A DNA stretch of 63,387 nucleotides, filler included, from Saprolegnia diclina VS20 (Eukaryota): the NCBI RefSeq assembly GCF_000281045.1. It is 6 parts of 4 records of this genome, joined end to end, with 100 filler letters (N's around TTAATTAATTAA, not from the genome) between each part and the next. Parts side by side here need not be neighbours in the genome. Positions count along the whole stretch, not along the records: positions 32,346 to 47,842 come from NW_008246128.1; positions 47,943 to 49,730 come from NW_008246129.1; 4 more parts are not named here. The stretch is one strand, 5' to 3'. The notes below the pieces were generated by a model, which saw only the letters and a list, made by a program, of their open reading frames with translations, had not been told where the DNA came from and did not search any database. This document shows, one piece after another, positions 36,180 to 48,469 of the stretch. How positions within the stretch are numbered: the stretch's first letter is position 1; each line of letters opens with the position of its first letter. Position numbers and translations under genes: made by a program.

Positions 36180-36652
36180 AGCTAGCCAATGTAGTGTTAC
36201 GAAATAGAATTATGTTCGCGTATTGTACGTCAAGTACTATGATATAATATGTCGATTGTGGGAAGATGGAGGCAGCTCGCCGCGCCAACGACACAGAGCG
36301 ACCTTCGTGACATGCTCGTATGTGGCGTGTCATTGCCGAGGACAGGAGATGCCCAATGGAGTACGCCGCCCCCTCGATCATTCAAGTTGGCCAACATTGG
36401 TCGACGAGGCTGGACAGTTGAATCGTATGCTGGATAGATGGATAGATCCAGGGATAGATCCGTCGTTTTCTGGCTGACAATTCGGTGCCACTCGGTCGGT
36501 TGATGCCCATCAAACGCAGCAACCGTCAAACGGCGATGAAGTTCGCACATGCATGTCGCGTATTCGAGTTGCCTACAAACAGCAGTATAACCTGCGTGGA
36601 ACTTGGCACGCGCGAACTTGCACGTAATCAGCATTCAGGTTTGTTTGGTGGT

Positions 36653-39600
36653 ATGAAGGAGGAGGCGACGCCGTCCCTATCGGCGGCGTACATGGAGGTC
36701 CTTCGGAACCTTGATGGCACCGTCGAGGCGCCTGGCAAGTACGCCTTAACAGGCGAGCTCTTCGACATTGGTCCGCCCAAGCTTGGCGTCGACCGCTCGC
36801 AAGGCTACAAGCCGTCGCCCGACCTCGTGCCCGTCAAGCAGCCCGCGTCGGTCATCGCCAGCTTTGGGCCCGCGCCGCTGGTTGTGCCCAAGGAGCACAT
36901 CTACTTTGTCCAAGGCGAGCAAGAGTGGGCACGCTACCTCGACGGCTGGACGCTGCACAACATCACACGCGTCCTCAAGCCCGCTTGCAAGCGCATCACG
37001 CTCCATCTCTCGCACGTGACGATCGACGGTCCCGGCGCATCGCCGGTGCTCACGCCGTCGCAAGCACCCCGAGGCACGTTCGGGACATTGGCGATTGCGC
37101 TGCCGTCGACGTGCGTCCGGCAAATCACGTTTACGAGCACCGACGACGCCACTGCGTGGATGCCCTTTACGCATACAACGATGAGCTTTGCCGCGTGGTA
37201 CAACGACTGCACTGTTACTGTGGCGCCAATTACGACACCGGGGCACCGTGCGTACCTCGTCTACAGCTTGGTCAGCAGCGACGGCGAGCCGCACCGGACG
37301 AGCCCGGCAACGACGTCATCCGCAGCGGCCGAGCTCGCGGCCCTCGCTGCCCAAACCCACCAGCTCGACATAACGTACGCATATCGGCTCTTCAACAAGA
37401 CCAACGATTTGCGGTTCGAGGCGCTTCAAGGTCGAGATGCCGCCTTCCTCAACGCACTCGTTGCCGCTGGTACATTCGATGTCGCGCTCGTCCGGGCCCC
37501 GCGGCAGAAGCTCACGCGCGCCGAAATGCACACGGAAGCATGCAACAAGCGGCCGCGAGAAGACTTCCGCCGTCAACCCCAAGTCGCCACCGCACCGAAG
37601 CGTGTGACGATACCCTCGAACGAGCGCGCGCCGCACTCCTACGACGCGAGCGGCGTCAAGTACTTGGATGCCGACCTCGATGACCATGACGAGTCTGACA
37701 CGGACGCGTCGGACGCCGGTGACTGCAGTGACGACGAGATGTTCTACCAGTACGTCGATAAAGAGCAGCCAGTGTCCAAGACGAGCACGGACGCGTTCCA
37801 CGAAGACCGTCTGTACTTTGAAGACAATGCTGTCGACAGAAGCTTTCCCAATGCAAGCAATTCGAAGAAGCGCCGCCGAGCCCAAGTCGACATGGACGAC
37901 TCGCCGTTGGCGTACTCGTACGGCCGTTCACGCTACCTTGGCGATGACGATGGATACAGCGGTGAAGACGGCAGTGCCGACGACGGCAGGGACCACAGTG
38001 ACGACGACGGCAGGGACCGCAGTGACGACGATGGTGACAGTCGTGACGCATATGACGACGACGACAGCGAGTGGGACGTCGATGTGTACGACTTTGATGA
38101 CCAACGTGACGAAGAGTTTGACGACGAGTCGGATGAAGTCTACTACGACGACGACTGGGGCGAACCGTACGGAGACCAAGACGCGGACGCACCGTGCGCC
38201 GACAACAAGACGACGCTCGAGGACAGCGAGAGCGACACCGGCGTCGATGCCGCGTATCGCAAAACACGGAAACGAGATTTTATGTACGGGAACTGCGACT
38301 GCGACGATAGATTCAAGCGCAAGCCGTGGCGTCGCATCACCGAAGCCCTCCTGCACCCGACGTCGTCGGATGCGATGCAAGCTGCACTCCTTACTCGGTC
38401 AGTCGGACGCTGGATCACGAACCGCGGTCTCAAGCGTCTGCGCTCCGTCCTCCTCGTGTTTTGGCCCAAGCGCCACCGAGCGCGTATCCTCGGCCTTGAC
38501 GCCGCCGTCGCTGCTCTCGAGAAGAACGAGCCAAGTCTCCTTGGTTTTGCAACGACCGACGACATCGCCGCCAGCCTCATCGATGCGTTTGGTGCTCCAG
38601 GTGTGCACTTCACCGACGTCCACGTGACCGCAGTCGGCGCGTATCTGCTGAGCCACCCGTCGCCGACTTTGGTGGCGCGCTTTCTACCATTTAGCGTCAC
38701 CATGCGCAAACGAACGTCCCGTCGCCGGGGTCTCCGCTGGTTTCAAGCCGCTATCGCTACATTCGGTGTCGCTGCCGTCGCCAGTGACATCCTCGCTCTT
38801 TGCACGCCCAAGCACGAAGGCCTATATTACCTCGGCAAGGCCATCCGATGGATGCGCCGGCTTTTCGTCTCGAACGCCGCGTATGTCACGCAAGACGGCT
38901 TTGGCCCGCTCCTCGTTCAGTGCTGGCGGACGCTCGCAACGCAGCTCGCGGCCATTCCGTCGGTCGACGCGTACCCGCATGCAATGCCTTGGCGCCTACA
39001 GCCGCCGATGCTTCAAGCGGCGCTCGAGTTGGAGGCGGCAGCCGCCGCTGTCTCGTCGCAGTCCTTTCCGACCTCGGTCTATGCGTTTGCTACCACCGTG
39101 TACACGACGCCCGAAGCTGTCACTGCAATTGTCCTCCCGGCGGTCGTCCAAGCGTCACCGACAACGATCGCGACACCGTTTCTTCCTCTCCTGCAGCGCA
39201 ATCTCCCGACTCTTCATGACGCGCTCACCAGATCAACGGATATCGGACGTTGGATCCTCCGCTTTAATGACCGGTTTGGTGACGTCCTCGCCGACTACAA
39301 GGAGGCCGCGGTGCTGCCCGAAGCCGACTACGACGTCGTACGCACTCTGCTGTATGCTCTGCGCAACGGCGGCATGACGCTGTCGGACGCTGACGCCACC
39401 GCGATGGCCGACGACGTTCTCACAAGGACACGGGGCGTGGTCGTAGCGACCGTTGCGCGTCAGCTCAAGGCCCGTGGCATCCCGATGAGTGGCATGGCGC
39501 TAGTGAGGACGGTGACGCAAGCACTCGCGGCCTGTCACTTGCTCTCGGCAGTGCATGTCAACCGCCTCGTTGATGCCGTCACGGACGTTGTCTTTGCGTC

Positions 39601-40147
39601 CGATGACGCACTCTACTACGTCCGCCACGTGCTCTACCCCGTCCTTCGATACCTCGACGTGATCTTGACCATGTATTCCGCTCGGCGCGACGAGCTCGCG
39701 ACGAGTATTCGAATGGCGCTAGAAGACGCCCTCGATGTCCCGGATGTCGCGCCACTGGTCCAGCTCCAAGGACTGTGCACCTGCACCGCGTGCACTGTGG
39801 TGACGGGTCACCTCGCCGACCAAGGGCCCCTGCGGAATCTGAGTGAGGTGGTGCCAGTGACCTGCGCCGGGCTTCGCGCCGCCATTTCAAGATTGCCGCC
39901 GCACCATCCACGCGTGACGCTGGTGCTCCTTGGACCGACGTCGGCCAGTCTTCGTATTTGGACGCAAGCAGGTGCCCAAGCTCGGCGCCAGCGAGACGAA
40001 GCCATGGTGGCGTACCTGGCTGGAAGGCGGCCGGCGCCGACGCGCGCCGAGGCAGACGACGCAATCGCTGCGCTGGAAGCGACGCTGCCTCTTTTACCGA
40101 CGACGCCACCGGTCGTTCGATCGTATCACCACATGGGCGACTACTAG
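36653..40147 (+). CDS. Large protein with degenerate 2OG-Fe(II) oxygenase-like N-domain, long acidic insert and C-terminal CxCxxC
   Basis: GTFGTLAIALPS..SFAAWYNDC..VAPITTPGHRAYLVYSL; LVFWPKRHR; GLCTCTAC. The first ATG with strongly coding codon usage is at 36653. Confidence 0.7.
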   Translation: MKEEATPSLSAAYMEVLRNLDGTVEAPGKYALTGELFDIGPPKLGVDRSQGYKPSPDLVPVKQPASVIASFGPAPLVVPKEHIYFVQGEQEWARYLDGWTLHNITRVLKPACKRITLHLSHVTIDGPGASPVLTPSQAPRGTFGTLAIALPSTCVRQITFTSTDDATAWMPFTHTTMSFAAWYNDCTVTVAPITTPGHRAYLVYSLVSSDGEPHRTSPATTSSAAAELAALAAQTHQLDITYAYRLFNKTNDLRFEALQGRDAAFLNALVAAGTFDVALVRAPRQKLTRAEMHTEACNKRPREDFRRQPQVATAPKRVTIPSNERAPHSYDASGVKYLDADLDDHDESDTDASDAGDCSDDEMFYQYVDKEQPVSKTSTDAFHEDRLYFEDNAVDRSFPNASNSKKRRRAQVDMDDSPLAYSYGRSRYLGDDDGYSGEDGSADDGRDHSDDDGRDRSDDDGDSRDAYDDDDSEWDVDVYDFDDQRDEEFDDESDEVYYDDDWGEPYGDQDADAPCADNKTTLEDSESDTGVDAAYRKTRKRDFMYGNCDCDDRFKRKPWRRITEALLHPTSSDAMQAALLTRSVGRWITNRGLKRLRSVLLVFWPKRHRARILGLDAAVAALEKNEPSLLGFATTDDIAASLIDAFGAPGVHFTDVHVTAVGAYLLSHPSPTLVARFLPFSVTMRKRTSRRRGLRWFQAAIATFGVAAVASDILALCTPKHEGLYYLGKAIRWMRRLFVSNAAYVTQDGFGPLLVQCWRTLATQLAAIPSVDAYPHAMPWRLQPPMLQAALELEAAAAAVSSQSFPTSVYAFATTVYTTPEAVTAIVLPAVVQASPTTIATPFLPLLQRNLPTLHDALTRSTDIGRWILRFNDRFGDVLADYKEAAVLPEADYDVVRTLLYALRNGGMTLSDADATAMADDVLTRTRGVVVATVARQLKARGIPMSGMALVRTVTQALAACHLLSAVHVNRLVDAVTDVVFASDDALYYVRHVLYPVLRYLDVILTMYSARRDELATSIRMALEDALDVPDVAPLVQLQGLCTCTACTVVTGHLADQGPLRNLSEVVPVTCAGLRAAISRLPPHHPRVTLVLLGPTSASLRIWTQAGAQARRQRDEAMVAYLAGRRPAPTRAEADDAIAALEATLPLLPTTPPVVRSYHHMGDY

Positions 40148-41396
40148 TACAGCGGGACCTACTGGTACTGGTACTCCAACGGTGTTTACCACGAAGACTC
40201 TGGCGGCACCTACTTTGACTACATGGGCGCCCGGGACTACCATTGCGACTATTAGTGCGACTAACTAATGCCACGCGTGGCTTGGCTTTTGCACTCGACG
40301 CCATCCATGTGGTGTTATGCAAGTTATCATGGACTAGCGTCGACCCGCGCCAGGCGCGTTCCTGCCCCCAAAGGTCCAATGCGGAAGGTCCAGCGCCGCC
40401 ATTTCGATGCGATTTGTATCAATACGAGCCGCGTACAAAGCAGCTACACCGAGTTGCACGGGTCATCAGCACTTGTGAATTTACCGCGGAAAACGCAGCA
40501 AAGGATACGAGCCATCGTCCCACAAGGCCGACAATTGCTCGCCGATCGATCTTACTGGCGCGCCGTCTGGCAAGTGCAATCTGGGCCGTGGGGCTCGGCT
40601 CCTATCATCGAACAGGACCGTCGAAGCGAGCTTGTCGAGGCGAAAGCTTCGCGATGCACCGATGCGCTTCCATCTTGCGGTGCACAGACATGCGAGAGAT
40701 TGCGCAACCAGCGACTGCCCAATACCGCATGGTATGCAAAGGGCCCGTTGCAGATGGGTGAAAGGTCGGACACGGACAGACACGGGTAGCCGACGCGGCA
40801 TCGGAGGGGCTTGGCAGCCGACTCGACCGCACCCAATGCTCGTCCGACCTTGCCCTTGCAGGCTTCTTCTTCCGCGCATCAACCTAGTACCTTCGAGCAG
40901 CAGCGTATGTTGGCAGCATCATCATCCAACGACGTTCAAGAACACTCGACGTCGACGTCGAGGACCAGATTGTTGCTGCCTCCTCGTGTCCGTTCCCAGC
41001 ACACGTTTGCCGTCGTGCCCGACAGCCGGTCCACCAAGCTCAAGGGACCGACGACCACGGACAAAGCCGACCTCCCTGTGGTCCCTCGTGCGATTCCCAG
41101 TAGCCATCTCGACGTTGTTGCGCCCAGCTGCAGCCGCCCATCTCGTTCGATGGGCGTGGGAGTGCTAGCGTCTGGTTTGTGGTCTGGTATCTGGTAGCGC
41201 TCTGATCCGAGCACATCATCCCTCGACGCCCCAACTTCAACAAAGCCCGGCACTCAACTGACCAAATTGCCCTTTCTTCCATCGTACCGTCCAGAATGTA
41301 CCATTTCACTTGGTATTTGTATGGTAACGTAATCTGTACGGAATGTACGTACGTGTATCAGAAAGGCCGACGATCCTTGCCAAGGTGCCCAGATTT

Positions 41397-41410
41397 CCAT
41401 TCGCCACTTT
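41397..41410 (+). promoter_or_regulatory. INR+FPR-like core promoter
   Basis: CCATTCGCCACTTT about 18-30 nt upstream of the ATG at 41428. Confidence 0.4.
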
Positions 41411-41427
41411 GAGCGCAGTCGTTTCGT

Positions 41428-43778
41428 ATGCTGCTTCGCCGGACCGCGCTCCACCGCCTGAGCCGCAGCAGCCGCGTCTTCAGCGCCGCTGCGCCGCCCA
41501 TGAAGCACTATCTGACCGAGTACCGCAAGAGCATCGACGACCCGGAGGCGTTCTGGGACGAAGCCGCCAAGGACATCCACTGGTTCAAGCCGTACACCAA
41601 GGTCCTCGACAAGACCAACGCGCCGTTCTACAAGTGGTTTCCCGACGGCGAAATGAACACGTGCTACAACGCGCTCGACGTCCACGTCGCCAACGGCAAG
41701 GGCGACGCACCGGCCATCTTTTACGAGAGCCCCATGACCGGCACGAAGCGCACGATCACGTACGCCGAGCTCCTCGAGCACGTCGAAGTCCTCGCCGGTG
41801 CACTCGCCCGCCAAGGCGTCACAAAGGGTGACCGCGTCGTCATCTACATGCCCATGATCCCGGAGACCGCAATGGCGATGCTGGCCTGCGCCCGCCTCGG
41901 CGCGATCCACTCGGTCGTGTTTGGGGGCTTCTCGGCCAAAGAACTCGCCGTGCGGCTCGAAGACGCCAAGCCCAAGGTACAATGCGCCCTTGTCGACGTG
42001 CTCGGGTGCTAAAGCTTCGTAGGTGGTGCTCAGTGCGAGCTGCGGCCTTGAGCCCAAGGGCATCATCGAATACGAGCCGATGCTCAAGGGCGCGATCGAG
42101 CTCTCGGCGCACAAGCCGGAACTGTGCGTTGTCTACCAGCGCCAGAAGCGCCACTACAACCTCGGCGAGAAGGACATGTCGTGGGCCGACTTTATCGATG
42201 GCGCGACGCCGCATGCGTGCGTGCCCGTCAAGTCGACCGACCCGCTCTACATTCTATACACGTCCGGCACGACGGGCAAGGTACTCTAGTCGCTCTCAGT
42301 AGAACAAGCGTCTCCATCTTGCTCTCGTGTAGCCCAAGGGCGTCGTCCGCGACCACGGTGGTCACAACGTCGCGCTCAAGTGGGCGATGCAAAACATCAT
42401 GGGCATGAACCCGGGCGAGACGTACTGGGCGGCCTCGGACTTTGGCTGGGTCGTCGGCCACTCGTTCATCGTCTACGCGCCGCTCTTCCACGGCTGCGCA
42501 GTACGTCTGCTTGGATCGGCTGGATACGATCTTATTCTCATGTCGATAGACCGTGATCTACGAGGGCAAGCCCGTGGGCACCCCGGACGCCGGAGCATTC
42601 TGGCGCGTCATCTCGAGCTACAACGTCAAAGCGCTCTTCACGGCCCCGACCGCGCTCCGTGCGATCCGCAAGGAAGACCCGGATGCGACGTTTTTGCACC
42701 AGTACAAGAAACACATGTCGCACCTCAAGTGCGTTCTTTGTATCAATCTATCGAGCAGCAGTTGCTCACATGGCGTGCAGGACGCTCTTTGTGGCCGGCG
42801 AGCGCGGCGATCCGGCGACGATCCAGTTCTTCACCGACCAGCTCCAGCTGCCGATCGTCGACAACTGGTACCTTGCTTCCCCTGCATTGGCATGCATGTC
42901 GACACCTGTGTCCAGGTGGCAAACTGAAATTGGCTGGCCCGTCTGCTCGCAGATGATGGGCATGGACCAGCGTGACGCCAACGGCAGTGAGCACCCAGGG
43001 ATCAAGTACGGGTCGGCGTCGCGGCCGGTCCCGGGCTTTGACGTTGTCCTGCAAGACAAATTTTACGCGACCGAAGACAAGACGCACGAGCACGACCCGA
43101 ACGACGTGGCTGAAGGCAGCATCCTCCTGCGCCTGCCATTACCGCCAGGTCGATCTCGCCCCCTCCCTGTATCTAGGTGCTCAAAATGGATGCAGGCACG
43201 TTCACTACCTTGTACAACAACGACGTCGAGTACGTGAGCAAGTACATGGACGAGCATCCGGGCTACTACACGACGGGCGACGCCGGGCACATTGACGACG
43301 ACAACTACGTCTACGTATGCCGGCAACCAAGACTTTATTGACGACGACATCGTAGATCATGTCGCGCACCGACGACATCATCAACGTGGCCGGCCACCGG
43401 CTCTGCACCGGCGCGATCGAAGAAGTCATTCAAACCGACGACAACATTGCCGAATGCGCGGTTGTCGGCGTCGCCGATGCGCTCAAGGGGCACATTCCAG
43501 TGGCATTTGCAGTGCTAAAGTCCAACACGACAGCCTCGAAAGACGAGGTCGCGTCCGCGATCGTCGCCCGCGTCCGGTCGCAGATTGGGAGCTTTGTGTG
43601 CTTAAAGGACGTGCTCATCGTGGACCAGCTGCCAAAGACCCGGTCCGGCAAGATTGTCCGGCGCACGATCCAAGCGATCGCTGACTCGCGCCCGTACACG
43701 GTGCCCGCGACGATCGAGAACGAGTCGGTGCTCGTCGACATTGCAAAGTCGCTTCAGACCATCGGGTACGCCAAGTAG
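41428..43778 (+). CDS. Short-chain acyl-CoA synthetase (ACSS3/propionyl-CoA synthetase-like), mitochondrial, multi-exon
   Basis: Presequence MLLRRTALHRLSRSSR; WFPDGEMNTCYNALD; YILYTSGTTGK/PKG; DNW/WQTE; YYTTGDAG; RTDDIINVAGHRL; LPKTRSGKI. Confidence 0.93.
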
Positions 43779-44258
43779 TCGCGTTGCCCAGTGTCGTGTC
43801 GTCTGGTGTCGTACAACTAAGCTATATTACGTAACCCATTCTTGTGTTCCCAGTCTTATTGTGCTAACATTGTACAGCGCGGTATGTGCAAAACCAGCAA
43901 CAAACTGTCGACATTGCGTTGGTGACCAGATCGAGATCTGGTGGTGCACGCGAAGGCTAGAATGTCTGGTCCACGGACGCTTCGCTTGGTTCGGGTTGAC
44001 GTTGATTGTCGTGGGACCCGATTTTCCGGCCCTTGTTGAATCCCAGCAGCCCCACCGCCCGAGTGAATGATGCAACGGGTGGCATCGGCTACCACGGCGT
44101 GCAGCCGATGATGCGGTCCCTTCCCATGCTCTTGCCCGCCCAAGCACACTCGGCTGCGCGAGACACCACTCCAGGACCGTAAACGACTCGTCGAGCTTCG
44201 TGTTCGTCGACGTCCCATCTTTGTTGGATGCATCGTTACGGGTGGAATCCCACTGGCG

Positions 44259-46054
44259 CTAGGAGGCTGCGCTGCCGGCCCGGAGCTTGTTGAAGGCGTC
44301 GATGGCCTTGTCGTAGGCCGTGATGCCCGAGCCGCCGGGTCCGTTCTGGAACTGACGTCGGTTCTCCATGTAAAAGATGTGGAGCTTGCACGTTCCCGCG
44401 CCTCTCTGACGGTGGGCGCGGTTCGGGCAAAAGCACTCGGGGCACGGGCGCATCTTGCGCTTCGTATTCGGTCGCAAGTTGACTTCGCCATGCGCGAGTT
44501 CGGCCAGCGCACGTTGCCACTGAGTAGCCGTCGACGATGCGGCTGCGTTGGTGTCGAAAACGTCCTGCACATGGCGGTCGGTCCCGATGGAAGCAAGCGC
44601 GGCCCGAGCTTCATGGAGCTCGACCGCGTCGACGGCCACACGCGGGGTCTCTTCCATAGCGTTAGCTGCACTGGTATCAACGGCCGTGACGTCTGTGACG
44701 TCCGTGGCGGAGACGTCCGTCCGTTCAGGCGGCGTGGCATCTCTCTCGGAAGCCGCGAGCTGCTGCATTGAGCGCGTGTACGCGGCGACGTCGAGCGTCA
44801 CGATGCGGTCCCCGCTGTGTCGGAACGGCAAGAGCGCGACCATGGATGAGGGATACCACGTCTGAAGCAATCGCTCGTCAAGGCTCGAGAAGAAGGTGCC
44901 TACATCGCCAGTGGCGGATCTATACCGAGATGCTCTGGACGTACCTCTGGTCGCAGGAGTGGTGCTGCGACCTCGACTCGAACTCGGAACGTGTGGCTCT
45001 AGTATAGCATGCATGACACGAACTCATGCTGGACGTTGCACACCTGCCGCGTTGTTGGCGGCGCCCGTACAGTTAGGATGGCGCAGTCGACGATACTTGA
45101 GGTAGGATTTGCGCCCGTCCAGCGAAACCACGGGCTCAAAGCCCTTGCACCACCCATGGGCGACGACGCCCGTACGACCGCAGACGGGGCAGTTGAGGTC
45201 CGCGACGGCGATCAAGTGCGAGAAGAAGGTGAACGGACACCACACGTACACATCGCAGCCGCCAAAGACGCGCGCGTCCGGGTCCGTGGGCATTGTCGCA
45301 TCGAGCGCCGGGTCCGAGATCGTATACTTCCACGTGGGCCAGAGCCGTCGATCCAAGACCGTCTTGGCACACGGCTTCAAGTCGAGCAGCACCGGCAAGG
45401 TCGCGACACGCTGGAGCCACTCGTTGTCGAGCAGCTGGGATTCGACGGCGCCGCCAGGTCTACATCGAGCGTGCGATCACGAGGGGCCCATCAGGTCGAT
45501 CGTACGGCGTCGCATTGCTATTGTCCGTGTCGTCGTCATCGACAGTGTCGCTATCGCCGCGCGGGTGGATCTCGGTGGACCGGCGCTCGTCTTCGTGTGG
45601 CGTCACTTGGCGTCCACCACCTTTGTCACTGCTCTCGGCCATCTGCGCCTCTCTTCTTGCATCGCGGTCGAGACGGGTGTCATCATGGCGGCTACGATCA
45701 CATACATGGAGGTGCTGCAGGCTTAGCCAGTGGCCACGTACACCAACAGCGGTCGGCAACCGGCGGGCGTCTCGTAGGCGCGGCGCATGCGATGGACAAT
45801 GACGCTCCTGGTAATAGCTTTCTGCAACTTGACGGCGCGCTTCTTGGCGGCGCGCTTCCTGCATGTTGCCCATGACGCCGTTGGAGCATGATGGATGCAT
45901 TGTCGTACTACCTTGCGGCCACGCCTTCGGGGCACCCAGCGCCATGCTGCCGCTGCTTGCGGCAGAGCGCGCAGATGTTCTTGCCGTCGACGATGACCCG
46001 CGGGCCCGTGCTTCGCGATCGGCCCACGGCCGGGACTTCGCGTGGCGGCTCCAT
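44259..46054 (-). mobile_element. Probable transposon-derived, intron-containing Cys-rich gene (DUF6729-like region), apparently internally deleted
   Basis: CALC..H...C near the N-terminus; VYVWCPF..LNCPVCG..HGW..EPVVSLDGRKSYLKYRRLRH; TFFSSLDERLLQ..LLPF; C-terminal CPECFC..H. No catalytic core was recognised. Confidence 0.4.
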
Positions 46055-46400
46055 GCTTGCGACTCGACTGACTGCGGGAAATGCGAGTCGCCATTGTAGC
46101 CAATCACATGCTTGGATACTCACGATTCGCCACATTATAGCCAATCCCATGGCTTGATCTATGCGACGAAAATACGCCAATGTTGGTTAAGCCGGTCAAC
46201 CCCAACCCTCGCCAGTGTAGGGGACTAGAGTCCTACACTCTCTAGTTCACACGTCGACACACCACAAGCGCCTGCGCTACGGACGACATCACACGACAGT
46301 CTCCCAGCGTCTCTCATGCGCCGCTCGGTTGGTCCACTACATCACTACACAACACACCCTTGTGCGTCAATCTATCTTTTAATTGAATAACGACTTTTTT

Positions 46401-46895
46401 GCGCGAAGCGCGGCACGAGCGCAGCGAGGGCACCCGGCGGTAGCCGGGCCCGTGCGATAGCACGGTAGGGCAAAATGAAGTCTCAACATGGTATTCCGGC
46501 GTGCGTAGCGCGTCGGGAAGGGTCAAATTCGGTTAAGTACGAGTGGCAGGTCAATGTCGTGATTTTTGACTAGGTGTTTGTAACAACGCTACAAAGTGCG
46601 GAAGCGTACTTAACCGAACCGCGCGCAGCGCGCCACGAGCGAAGCGAGTCGACCCGGCGTAGCCGGGTCCTGCGCGATAGCGCAAACCACGAGCGTAGCG
46701 AGTGCACCCGGCGATAGCCGGGGTCTGTGCGGTAGCGCGGTAGGGATACATGCCATGCGCGCAGCGCTAATCCTGAGTTTAGCGTGGACACTTGCGATAG
46801 TGCACGGCAGTGTGGTAGGATACTGTGCGCGATAGCGCAATGTACGAGCGTAGCGAGTGCATTTGGTATCGTTGGGGCCTGCGCGATAGCGCGGG
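46401..46895. repeat. Array of ~55-bp units built from GNA/GNNA mini-hairpins
   Basis: Units CACGAGCG(C/A/T)AGCGAG..CACCCGGC-G(N)TA-GCCGGG..GCGC-GATA-GCGC occur at ~46401-46470, 46621-46685 and 46686-46745, with a degenerate copy at 46822-46895. Confidence 0.8.
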
Positions 46896-48469
46896 ACCTC
46901 AATGTCACGCGTGGTGTTAGATCAATGAGTTTGATCGCGATGTTAGAATCGTATCTGGATGTTACGGTTGCTTTGCAGGTTGCTATTGCAATCCGCACGT
47001 CAAGCACAGAGCAGAAGCAGAAGATCCGATCATGGTGTGGACGCCAGGCTCTGTGGCGGAGCGCAAGTGCGAGCAGCGTAATCGCCAAGCTGCATGCGCC
47101 CTGGCGACATCTACTCTGGAGGCAAAGGAGCTCAAGCGGAATATCGCCGCGAGGCAGAGGCGACGGCAGCAAACCAAGGCGGCGACCGCGCCCGCCACTG
47201 CATCTCCAGGCGAGGCGCGCGTGCAGCAGCCGCGCCTGTCACAGTAGAATTGCTCGGCCTGCAAATTTGAGTAGCGATTCTTTAAACCACCTCATGAACG
47301 TTATACATCCTACAATGTTGATTATTCCACACTGTCCAAGCTACGACACAGACACACCGCTAGGTTGCACGCGATACCAAACTGGAATAAAAAAGCGCGC
47401 CAGGACCTGCGCAAACCTTCTCCACGAATCAAACCACTGCGCATGCTACACAGAAAGACCGCTAGATGGCCCACCGGCCCTATGCCCCACCTCGACCACA
47501 AAGACCAACCACACCCTGCCCCAAAAAAACACGAGGTTTGGGGCAGGGTACGTTGAACTTCAATGCACATGATCCCGTCCACCGAATCCAAACTACCTCA
47601 CACGCAGTACACGATCCCTCCGCTAGATTGCACGCTACCCCAATGCAAAACCTCAACCAAAGAGCTCGGCCAAAACCTGCCCCAAGAAAACACGAGGTTA
47701 ACCCTAGTCCAACTATAAAAGTGATACTAGTAATGTTTGATATGCACGTTTGACGATAGGTCATCTGTGCACAATGTGTGGCTCAGTTGGTCGAGATCCA
47801 TCGTATTTCACAAAGATGCACGGCTGTTGACGACGGTATAGCNNNNNNNNNNNNNNNNNNNNNNNNNNNNNNNNNNNNNNNNNNNNTTAATTAATTAANN
47901 NNNNNNNNNNNNNNNNNNNNNNNNNNNNNNNNNNNNNNNNNNCTCTATCGACTCTACGTACATCTCGGACGCGCGACTCGTGTCTTGGCGCGCAGCTTGC
48001 TTGCGGCTGGTCGCGCGCTGCACTCGAGTCCATCGCCATGCCGAGCCCTTTCTTCTTCGTCATCCCCCATGGGCGACTGCTGGTGGCCAACGTCGAGACG
48101 CACTACTGACGCGACAAGACATGTGTCTTTGTAATCACCGAGCCACACAGAGATGCCAGGGACATTAATAGTCCGCAACGACGGCCTTGCCGTGACTCAC
48201 GGGAACGAGCGCTGAGACGAATTAGTACTTTCTCTGCCAATATGTCTTTTTCCATGTTAGCTAAATGCAAAAGACGTTTGTGTGACTGCGATCGAGAACT
48301 ACTAGTGCGTCTTTCAGTTGGTTTCGCCACGGCGTGAGCTTGCCACGCAACGAAAAAGTATGGCCTAGAAGGGAAGAGCAATCGCATGGACTCTAGCCGC
48401 TCTACTAGTACACAAGGTGCCCGTATCGAGAGCACGCAAGCACTCACTCCCACACGGCAGTCGACCTTG

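Noticed and set aside
46401..46895. Repeat array considered as a CRISPR array
   Set aside because: The repeats are degenerate, there are no unique equal-length spacers or cas genes, and the context is eukaryotic.
47340..47705. Loose duplicated motifs (CCGCTAG.TTGCACGC; CCTGCCC..AAAACACGAGGTT)
   Set aside because: Probably old repeat debris; too degenerate to classify by eye.
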